From positions 744,001 through 808,000 of the forward strand of contig NC_091994.1 in assembly GCF_044704955.1 (NCBI RefSeq): DNA of 64,000 nucleotides, in the 5' to 3' direction. The translations under genes were made by a program, and so were the position numbers. Below the pieces are notes generated by a model that saw nothing but the letters and a program-made list of their open reading frames with translations, was not told the DNA's origin and ran no database searches. This document shows positions 37,190 through 47,599 of this stretch, in pieces (the stretch's first letter is position 1; every line of letters begins with the position of its first letter). This DNA comes from Pristiophorus japonicus (Eukaryota).

Positions 37190-38112
37190 CTAGCAAACAC
37201 TCCCCCGAGGACATTGGTTCCGGTCCTGCTCAGGTGCAGACCGTCCGGTTTGTACTGGTCCCACCTCCCCCAGAACCGGTTCCAATGCCCCAGGAATTTG
37301 AATCCCTCCCTGCTGCACCACTGCTCAAGCCACGTATTCATCTGAGCTATCCTGCGATTCCTACTCTGACTAGCTCGTGGCACTGGTAGCAATCCCGAGA
37401 TTACTACTTTTGAGGTCCTACTTTTTAATTTAGCTCCTAGCTCCTTAAATTCATTTCGTAGGAACTCATCCCTTTTTTTACCTATGTCGTTGGTACCAAC
37501 GTGCACCACGACAACTGGCTGTTCTCCCTCCCTTTTTAGAATGTCCTGCACCCGCTCCGAGACATCCTTGACCCTTGCACCAGGGAGGCAACATACCATC
37601 CTGGAGTCTCGGTTGCGGCCGCAGAAACGCCTATCTATTCCCCTTACAATTGAATCCCCTATCACTATCGCTCGCCCACTCTTTTTCCTGCCCTCCTGTG
37701 CAACAGAGCCAGCCACGGTGCCATGAACTTGGCTGCTGCTGCCCGCTCCTGATGACTCATCCCCCTCAACAGCACTCAAAGCAGTGTATCTGTTTTGCAG
37801 TGGGATGACCACAGGGGACCACTGCACTACCTTCCTTGCACTACTCTTCCTGCTGGTCTTCCATTCCCTCGCTGGCTGTGGACCCTTCTCCTGCGGTAAG
37901 ACCAACTCGCTACACGTGATACTCACGTCATTCTCAGCATCGTGGATGCTCCAGAGTGAATCCACCCTCAGCTCCAACTCCGCAACGCGGACCGTCAGTA
38001 GCCGGAGGTGGACACACTTCCCGCACATGTAGTCGTCAGGGACACTGGTGTTGTCCCCGTGTTCCCACATGGTACAGGAGGAGCATATCACGTGACCGAG
38101 CTGTCCTGCCAT
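37165..38112 (-). CDS. CR1 ORF1 (Cys zinc finger, coiled coil, SGNH esterase-like domain), 315 aa
   Basis: CSSC..CGKC; IVIGDSIVR, VVHVGTND, DGLHL SGNH blocks. Confidence 0.9.
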   Translation of the reverse strand: MAGQLGHVICSSCTMWEHGDNTSVPDDYMCGKCVHLRLLTVRVAELELRVDSLWSIHDAENDVSITCSELVLPQEKGPQPAREWKTSRKSSARKVVQWSPVVIPLQNRYTALSAVEGDESSGAGSSSQVHGTVAGSVAQEGRKKSGRAIVIGDSIVRGIDRRFCGRNRDSRMVCCLPGARVKDVSERVQDILKREGEQPVVVVHVGTNDIGKKRDEFLRNEFKELGAKLKSRTSKVVISGLLPVPRASQSRNRRIAQMNTWLEQWCSREGFKFLGHWNRFWGRWDQYKPDGLHLSRTGTNVLGGVFASAVGEELN

Positions 38113-38600
38113 GACTTAACCCTTAGATACACTTAAATTGCCGACAACAATGTTAAAAGTTACTGACTAATAAAGAAAAAGAAAAACTACTCACCAATCA
38201 GCAGCCAATTACTTACCACGTTGGCTGTGACGTCACCTTTTGATTTCTTTCTACTTCTTTTTTGACTTCTCCCAGCTGGAGCTGCACAAGTCACGCCTCT
38301 CTGGACTCCCGCCTCTCTGGACTCTCCCCGGACTGCTGAGCCTTTTATAGGCCGCTGCCTCTCTCGACTCCCGCCTCTCTCGACGCTGCCCGGACTGCTG
38401 AGCCTTTTATAGGCCGCTGCCTCTCTCGACTCCCGCCATGCAGTACTCCAGGTGCGGCCTCACCAATACCCTGTACAGTTGCAGAAGGACCTCCCTGCTT
38501 TTGTACTCCATCCCTCTCGCAATGAAGGCCAACATTCCATTCGCCTTCCTGATTACCTGCTGCACCTGCAAACTAACTTTTCGGGATTCATGCACAAGGA

Positions 38601-39144
38601 ACTCTCCTGATCTTTGGGCACCCTGTGCGGAGGGGAGTGGGTAGGTCCGAGGGCCTCCTCGTAGGACTGCTCCTGGGCACGGCCAAGGGTGCCATCAGCC
38701 GGTCCAGGCAGCGGGCGGTCGAGGGGGTCGTTCAACCTGACTGCCTGCCTCTCTTCCGTTCTTACATCCGGTCCAGGGTGTCCTTGGAGATGGAGCACGC
38801 GGTGTCCACCGGTACGCTCGCGGCCTTCCGCGAGAGGTGGGCACCGGAGGGACTGGAGTGCATCATCACGCCCGGCAACCAAATTTTAATTTGATTTTAC
38901 GTTTTAAAGTTAATTTGTTTTAATTGCCGGTGCTTTTAGTGTCCCCTTCCCTTTTATAGGGGGCACTGGGGAAAAATTGTGATTTTAGTGCCCAAAAAAA
39001 AAAGAAAAAGAAAAAAAGAAAAACACAAAAAAAAACAAAAAAAAAGGGGGGGAAAAAAAGGGCCTTGTAAATGTCTGGAGTGTCACCCAGGTCGGGTGGC
39101 ACCGTTTAATGTTTTATGTTTTGCAGGTGAACTCCAAAAAGAGT
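38601..39144 (+). mobile_element. 5'-truncated Tx1-clade LINE (ORF2 C-terminus 38601-38894 plus 3' UTR)
   Basis: TLLIFGHPV...LLLGTAKGAISRSR...LFRSYIRSRVSLE..AVSTGTLAAFRERWA resembles the Xenopus Tx1 ORF2 C-terminus; 14-bp TSD ttcatgcacaagga 38587-38600/39145-39158. Confidence 0.85.
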
Positions 39145-41039
39145 TTCATGCACAAGGACCCCCAGGTCCCTCTGCACTGCAGCATGTTGTAATTTCTCCC
39201 CATTCAAATAATATTCCCTTTTACTGTTTTTTTTCCCAAGGTGGATGACCTCACACTTTCCGACATTGTACTCCATCTGCCAAACCTTAGCCCATTCGCT
39301 TAACCTATCTAAATCTCTTTGCAGCCTCTCTGTGTCCTCTACACAACCCGCTTTCTTACTAATCTTTGTGTCATCTTCAAATTTTGTTACACTACACTCT
39401 GTCCCCTCTTCCAGGTCATCTATGTATATTGTAAACAGTTGTGGTCCCAGCACCGATCCCTGTGGCACACCACTAACTACCGATTTCCAACCCGAAAAGG
39501 ACCCATTTATCCCGACTCTCTGCTTTCTGTTCGCCAGCCAATTCTCTATCCATGCTAATACATTTCCTCTGACTCTGCGTACCTTTATCTTCTGCAGTAA
39601 CCTTTTGTGTGGCACCTTATCGAATGCCTTTTGAAAATCTAAATACACCACATCCATCGGTACACCTCTATCCACCATGCTCGTTATATCCTCAAAGAAT
39701 TCCAGTAAATTAGTTAAACATGATTTCCCCTTCATGAATCCATGTTGCGTCTGCTTGATTGCACTATTCCTATCCAGATGTCCCGCTATTTCTTCCTTAA
39801 TGATAGTTTCAAGTATTTTCCCCACTACAGATGTTAAACTAACCGGTCTATAGTTACCTGCCTTTTGTCTGCCCCCTGTTTTAAACAGAGGCGTTACATT
39901 AGCTGCTTTCCAATCCGCTGGTACCTCCCCAGAGTCCAGAGAATTTTGGTAGATTATAACGAATGCATCTGCTATAACTTCCGCCATCTCTTTTAATACC
40001 CTGGGATGCATTTCATCAGGACCAGGGGACTTGTCTACCTTGAGTCCCATTAGCCTGTCCAGCACTACCCCTCTAGTGATAGTGATTGTCTCAAGGTCCT
40101 CCCTTCCCACATTCCCGTGACCAGCAATTTTTGGCATGGTTTCTGTGTCTTCCACTGTGAAGACCGAAGCAAAATAATTGTTTAAGGTCTCAGCCATTTC
40201 CACATTTCCCATTATTAAATCCCCCTTCTCATCTTCTAAGGGACCAACATTTACTTTAGTCACTCTTTTCCGTTTTATATATCTGTAAAAGCTTTTACTT
40301 TCCGTTTTTATGTTTTGCGCAAGTTTACCTTCGTAATCTATCTATCTGTGCGCAAATTGGCTGCTGCGTTTCCCACATTACAACAGTGACTACACTCCAA
40401 AAATACTTCATTGGCTGTAATGCGCTTTGGGACGTCCTGAGGTCGTGAAAGGCGCTATAGAAACGCAAGTCTTTCTTTCTTTAACAGTACCCGGAGCACC
40501 ATCATGGCAGCCAGCGGCTGTTCAACAGTCTGAGAGACCAAATACAATTCTCTTCAAAATGTATAATAAATCTGTGACATTGTTTTATGTTTCATCTCCC
40601 AACACCTGCAGCATATTCAGAAATTCATAAACCTTTATGTGGAGGTCAAAGACCCCCCCCCCCCCCAGCTAATCTGTCATCAGCTCTAACATTCTGCTTG
40701 TCTGGTTCCTGCAGAGTTGGAATTATTCCTTTTGTGCAAATTGTGTACTGGTCCATTCCACAGGCCCGTTTAGGGGTGACATTCACTAATTTTGGTTTAA
40801 AATGTTACATATCACTTTTAAAAATAAATAAATGTAACTCCTGGTTTGAATGAAGAAGTCTGTTCAGCCTATTTGATCTAATCTTTCTAGAATAAAATTT
40901 TCACAGCCTTCGGCATCTGATTGTTAAATGAATCCCACACTTCCTGGCAATTTGTTTCAGCTGTCAACTACCCTCTGTGTAAGGAAAGACTTCCGGGCAT
41001 CTGCCTGGCGTCCTTGTCTTGTCTTCCCTGGATATCTGG

Positions 41040-41440
41040 AAGCCTCCATTTCAAAATTCTCATCCTTATTTACAAATCCTTCCATGGCCCTCGCCCCTCC
41101 CTATCTCTGTAATCTCCTCCAGCCCCACAACCCCCCGAGATGTCTGTGCTCCTCTAATTCTGCCCTCCTGACCATCCCCGATTATAATCGCTCCACCATC
41201 GGTGGCCGTGCCTTCTGTTGCCTGGGCACCAAGCTCTGGAATTCCCTGCCTAAACCTCTCTCCCTTTATTTCCTCCAAGTCGCTCCTTAAAACCGACCTC
41301 ATTGACCAAGCTTTTAGTCACCTGCGCTAATTTCTACGTATGTGGCTCGGTGTCAAATTTTTATCTCATTATACTCCTGTGAGGCGCCTTGGGACATTTC
41401 ACTACATTAAAGGTGCTATATAAATACAGGTTGTTGTTTT
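41040..41440 (+). mobile_element. L2-clade LINE 3' fragment
   Basis: Same family as 28180-28585. Confidence 0.8.
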
Positions 41441-41473
41441 TGTTTATTAGGGGAATACTTTCTGTATTATAAC

Positions 41474-42390
41474 AACATAAGATTTAGGTACAGGAGTAGG
41501 CCATCTAGCCCCTCGAGCCTGCTCCGCCATTCAACAAGATCATGGCTGATCTGGCCGTGGACTCAGCTCCACTTACCCGCCCGCTCCCCGTAACCCTTAA
41601 TTCCCTTATTGGTTAAAAATCTATCTATCTGTGATTTGAATACATTCAATGAGCTAGCCTCAACTGCTTCCTTGGGCAGAGAATTCCACAGATTCACAAC
41701 CCTCTGGGAGAAGAAATTCCTTCTCAACTCAGTTTTAAATTGGCTCCCCCGTATTTTGAGGCTGTGCCCCCTAGTTCTAGTCTCCCCGACCAGTGGAAAC
41801 AACCTCTCTGCCTCTATCTTGTCTATCCCTTTCAATATTTTAAATGTTTCTATAAGATCACCCCTCATCCTTCTGAATTCCAACGAGTAAAGACCCAGTC
41901 TACTCAATCTATCATCATAAGGTAACCCCCTCATCTCCGGAATCAGCCTAGTGAATCGTCTCTGTATCCCCTCCAAAGCTAGTATATCCTTCCTTAAGTA
42001 AGGTGACCAAAACTGCACGCAGTACTCCAGGTGCGGCCTCACCAATACCCTGTACAGTTGCAGCAACACCTCCCTGCTTTTGTACTCCATCCCTCTCGCA
42101 ATGAAGGCCAACATTCCATTCACCTTCCTGATTACCTGCTGCACCTGCAAACTAAAAAAGAGTTTCATGCACAAGGACCCCCAGGTCCCTCTGCACCGCA
42201 GCATGTTGTAATTTCTCCCCATTCAAATAATATTCCCTTTTACTGTGTTTTTTTCCAAGGTGGATGACTTCACACTTTCCGACATTGTATTCCATCTGCC
42301 AAACCTTAGCCCATTCGCTTAACCTATCGAAATCTCTTTGCAGCCTCTCTGTGTCCTCTACACAACCCGCTTTCCCACTAATCTTTGTGT
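41474..42390 (-). mobile_element. CR1 family B 3' fragment carrying a Tx1 terminal remnant at 42155-42163
   Basis: Near-identical to 45090-46020 in reverse; aaaaagagt replaces target bases before ttcatgcacaagga. Confidence 0.9.
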
Positions 42391-42574
42391 CCTCTATTAA
42401 GCCACAACACCTTGCATTTATATAGCAACTTTAACATTGCTTCACCGGAGCGATTATCAAACAAAATGACACCGAGCCCCGTAAGGAGATATTAGGACAG
42501 GTGACCAAAAGCTGGGTCAATGAGGTCGGTTTTAAGGAGCGTCTTAAAACATCAGCGAGAATTGGAGAGGTTTA

Positions 42575-45500
42575 CATAGAAACAGAGAAACATAGAAAAT
42601 AGGTGCAGGAGTAGGCCATTCGGCCCTTCGAGCCTGCACCACCATTCAAATAAGATCATGGCTTATCATTCACCTCAGTACCCCTTTCCCGCTTTCTCCA
42701 TACCCCTTGATCCCTTTAGCCGCAAGGGCCATAACTAACTCCTTCTTGAATATATCCAACGAACTGGCCTCAACAACTCTCTGTGGTAGAGAATTCCACA
42801 GGTTAACAACTCTCTGAGTGAAGAAGTTTCTCCTCATCTCAGTCCAAATGGTCTGCACCTTATCCTTAGACTGTGTCCCCTGGTTCTGGACTTCCCCAAC
42901 ATCGGGAACATTCTTCCCGCATCTAACCTGTCCAGTCCCGTCAGAATCTTATACATTTCTATGAGATCCCCTCTCATCCTTCTAAACTCCAGTGAATACA
43001 GGCCCAGTCGATCAGTTTCTCCTCATATGTCAGTCCTGCCATCCCGGGAATCAGTCTAGTGAACCTTCGCTGTACTCTCTCAATAGCAAGAATGTCCTTC
43101 TTCAGATTAGGAGACGAAAACTGAACACAATATACCTAGTGAGGCCTCACTAAGGCCCTGTACAACTGCAGTAAGACCTCCCTGCTCCGATGCAGTAAGA
43201 CCTCCCTCTCCTATATTAAAACACTCTACCTAAATGCACGCAGCATTCGAAATAAAGTAAATGAGTTGACGGCACAAATCATTACAAATGGGTATGATTT
43301 GGTGGCCATTACAGAAACGTGGTTGCAGGGTGGCCAAGACTGGGAATTAAACATACAGGGGTATCTGACGATTCGGAAGGATAGACAAGAAGGGAAAGGA
43401 GGTGGGGTAGCTCTGTTAATAAAAGATGATATCAGGGCAGTTGTGAGAGACGATATTGGCTCTAATGAACAAAATGTTGAATCATTGTGGGTGGAGGTTA
43501 GAGATAGTAAGGGAAAAAAGTCACTGGTGGGCGTAGTTTATAGGCCCCCAAATAATAACTTCACGGTGGGGCGGACAATAATCAAGGGAATAATGGAGGC
43601 ATGTGAAAAAGGAACGGCAGTAATCATGGGGGATTTTAACCTACATATCGATTGGTCTGATCAAATCGCACAGGGTAGCCTGGAGGAGGAATTTATAGAA
43701 TGCATACGGGATTGTTTCTTAGAACAGTATGTTACAGAACCTACAAGGGAGCAAGCTATCTTAGATCTGGTCCTGTGTAATGAGACAGGAATAATAAACG
43801 ATCTCCAAGTAAAAGATCCTCTCGGAATGAGTGATCACAGTATCGTTGAATTTGTAATACAGATTGAGGGTGAGGAAGTAGTGTCTCAAACAAGCGTACT
43901 ATGCTTAAACAAAGGGGACTACAGTGGGATGAGGGCAGAGTTGGCTAAAGTAGACTGGAAACACAGACTAAACGGTGGCACAATTGAGGAACAGTGGAGG
44001 ACTTTTAAGGAGCTCTTTCATAGTGCTCAACAAAAATATATTCCAGTGAAAAAGAAGGGCGGTAAGAGAAAGGATAACCAGCCGTGGATAACCAAGGAAA
44101 TAAAGGAGAGTATCAAATTAAAAACCAATGCGTATAAGGTGGCCAAGGTTAGTGGGAAACTAGAAGATTGGGAAAATTTTAAACGACAGCAAAGAATGAC
44201 TAAGAAAGCAATAAAGAAAGGTGGTGGTCCCTTCGAAGATGAGAAGGGGGATTTAATAATGGGAAATGTGGAAATGGCTGAGACCTTAAACAATTATTTT
44301 GCTTCGGTCTTCACAGTGGAAGACACAAAAACCATGCCAAAAATTGCTGGTCACGGGAATGTGGGAAGGAAGGACCTTGAGACAATCACTATCACTAGGG
44401 AGGTAGTGCTGGACAGGCTAATGGGACTCAAGGTAGACAAGTCCCCTGGTCCTGATGAAATGCATCCCAGGGTATTAAAAGAGATGGCGGAAGTTATAGC
44501 AGATGCATTCGTTATAATCTACCAAAATTCTCTGGACTCTGGGGAGATACCAGCGGATTGGAAAACAGCTAATCTAACGCCTCTGTTTAAAAAAGGGGGC
44601 AGACAAAAGGCAGGTAACTATAGGCCAGTTAGTTTAACATCTGTAGTGGGGAAAATGCTTGAAGTGATCATTAAGGAAGAAATAGCGGGACATCTAGATA
44701 GGAATAGTGCAAATTAAGCAGACGCAACATGGATTCATGAAGGGGAAATCATGTTTAACCAATTTACTGAAATTCTTTGAGGATATAACGAGTATGGTGG
44801 ATAGAGTTGTACCGATGGATGTGGTATATTTTGATTTCCAAAATGCATTCGATAAAGTGCCACACAAAAGGTTACTGCAGAAGATAAAGGTACGCGGAGT
44901 CAGAGGAAATGTATTAGCATGGATAGAGAATTGGCTAGCTAACAGAAAGCAGAGAGTCGAGATATATGGGTCCTTTTCGGGTTGGAAATCGGTGGTTAGT
45001 GGTGTGCCACAGGGATCGGTGCTGGGACCACAACTGTGAACAATATATATAGATGACCTGGAAGAGGGGACAGAGTGTAGTGTAACAAAATTTGCAGATG
45101 ACACAAAGATTAGTGGGAAAGCGGGTTGTGTAGAGGACACAGAGAGGCTGCAAAGAGATTTGGATAGGTTAAGCGAATGGGCTTAGGTTTGGCAGATGGA
45201 ATACAATGTCGGAAAATGTGAGGTCATCCACCTTGGGAAAAAAAACAGCAAAAGGGAATATTATTTGAATGGGGAGAAATTACAACATGCTGCGGTGCAG
45301 AGGGACCTGGGGGTCCTTGTGCATGAATCCCAAAAAGTTAGTTTGCAGGTGCAGCAGGTAATCAGGAAGGTGAATGGAATGTTGGTCTTCATTGTGAGAG
45401 GGATGGAGTACAAAAGCAGGGAGGTCCTGCTGCAACTGTATAGGGTATTGGTGAGGCCGCACCTGGAGTACTGCGTGCAGTTTTGGTCACCTTACTTAAG

Positions 45501-46620
45501 GAAGAATATAGTAGCCTTGGAGGGGGTACAGAGACGATTCACGAGGCTGATTCTGGAGATGAGGGGGTTACCTTATGATGATAGATTGAGTAGACTGGGT
45601 CTTTACTCCTTGGAGTTCAGAAGGATGAGGGGTGATCTTATAGAAACATTTAAAATAATGAAAGGGATAGACAAGATAGAGGCAGCGAGGTTGTTTCCAC
45701 TGGTCGGGAAGACTAGAACTAGGGGGCACAGCCTCAAAATACGGGGGAGCCAATTTAAAACCGAGTTGAGAAGGAATTTCTTCTCCCAGAGGGTTGTGAA
45801 TCTGTGGAATTCTCTGCCCAAGGAAGCAGTTGAGGCTAGCTCATTGAATGTATTCAAATCACAGATAGATAGATTTTTAACCAGTAAGGGAATTAAGGGT
45901 TACGGGGAGAGGGCGGGTAAGTGGAGCTGAGTCCACGGCCAGATCAGCCATGATCTTATTAAATGGCGGAGCAGGCTCGAGGGGCTAGATGGCCTACTCC
46001 TGTTCCTAATTCTTATGTTCTTATACTCAAATCCCCTAGCTATGAAGCCCAACATACCATTTGCCTTCTTCAATGCCTGCTGTACCTGCATGCCAACTTT
46101 CAATGACTGATAAACCATGACACCCAGGTCTCGTTGCACCTCCCCTTTTCCTAATCTGCCGCCATTCAGATAATATTCTGCCTTCGTGTTTTTACCACCA
46201 AAGTGGATAACCTCACATTTATCCACATTACTCTGCATCTGCCATGCATTTGCCCACTTGCCTAACCTGTCCAAGTCACCCTGCAGCCTCTTAGCGTCCT
46301 CTTCACAGCTCACACCACCACCCAGCTTAGTGTCATCTGAAAACTTGGAGATATTACATTCAATTCCCTCATCCAAATCATTAATGTATATTGTAAATAG
46401 CTGGGATCCCAGCACTGAACCTTGCGACACCCCACTAGTCACTGCCTGCCATTCTGAAAAGGACCCGTTTATCCCGACACTCTGCTTCCTGTCTGCCAAC
46501 CAGTTCTCTATCCACGTCAGTGCATTACCCCCAATACCATGTGCTTTAATTTTGCACACCAATCTCTTGTGTGGGACCTTGTCAAAAGTCCAAATACACC
46601 ACATCCACTGGTTCTCCTTT
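42575..46620 (-). mobile_element. CR1 family A fragment (42575-43212, 46021-46620) split by the family B insertion, itself inside an L2 relic (42400-42570, 46630-46830)
   Basis: cctata| ... |tatactcaaatcccc collinear with 34690-34715. Confidence 0.75.
43213..46022 (+). mobile_element. CR1 family B ORF2 (APE+RT) to 3' end, inactivated
   Basis: LNARSI..AITETW..MGDFN..SDH; internal deletion at about 44220, frameshift near 44710, stops at 45037 and near 45184. Confidence 0.93.
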
Positions 46621-47599
46621 GTGCAATCTACCAGTTAGAGGGAGTTCCAGAGCTTCGGGCCCAGACAGTTGAAGGCACGGCCACCAATGGTAGGGTGAAG
46701 AACGTGGGGGTTAGGCCATGAGCCCCCAGAGTTGGAGGAACTCTGTGATCTTAGAGGGTTGTAAAGCTGGAGGAAGTTACAGATAGGGAAAGGGGAGGCC
46801 ATGGAGGGATTTGAACAGAAGGATCAGGAAGTACTTTTTAAACCTCTCTGAGACTTCTCTTTCTGAGGCTGAACAGCCTTTGCAAAGTTTAAATGGTTTT
46901 ACACTCTAATTTGTGATCATTACCCTCACTCATCGTGACATTTCATTAATGCTATCAGGCCTGTCCATACCTTTCAAAGCACATTTTCAGCTTTCTAACT
47001 AATTGCAGACTGAGCACAGAAATGACCCAGATATAAATCTTTGCCATTGATAACTATGTTGTAACAATTTGTACAGGTCTGCAAGTTGACAACTACAGAA
47101 ACTCAAAATGCATCTCTGAATTCTACAAATACTGTCTCAATACAGGATTCCAAATTCATTCAACCTTCTGCTCAATTTTGCTGCAATTAAAGCACTTTTA
47201 AAACATATATTTTTTCAAATGCATGCACAATACCTGGTAATATAAGGAATCTTTGCAAATCAGCTCCAAAAATGTGGGGATAAAATGCAATCTCCCTGAA
47301 CAGAATACTCATGTGGTGCAGAGTGTTGGGGCTGTAAACACTTCCCAGCAAAACTGAAAGTAACCTGCCAATATCCCACAATGCAGTTGAGCAGATTTAA
47401 TGTTATTTTACTACAAAGTGATGGATGTGTGACCCTGTGACCCTGCATGTGTGTGACCCTGTGACCCTGCATGTGTGTGAGCCTGTGACCTGTGACCCTG
47501 CATGTGAGACAGCCCGCAGGGTGCATGGCTCAGCAGCACAAGGCTTTATTCCTATTGTCCCCTGCACAGCCCACCCCTGGAGCCTGGGACCCTGAGTGA

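Larger units (their letters stand above)
34082..38436 (-). mobile_element. Near-intact full-length CR1 LINE (family A)
   Basis: Tandem-repeat 5' UTR, ORF1, ORF2 (APE+RT), (catagaaa)n tail. Confidence 0.95.
33550..40345 (-). mobile_element. 5'-truncated CR1 (family B) interrupted by two younger insertions
   Basis: Segments 33550-34081, 38437-38600 and 39145-40345 are collinear with the family B copy at 43213-46022; (aacataag)3 tail. Confidence 0.9.

Noticed and set aside
37165-38112. Host or horizontally acquired GDSL/SGNH esterase gene
   Set aside because: It is the known esterase-type ORF1 of a CR1 element, in place between the 5' UTR and ORF2.
38994-39058. A-rich run as the poly(A) tail of the Tx1 insert
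   Set aside because: The TSD places the element's 3' end at about 39144, so the run is internal to the 3' UTR.
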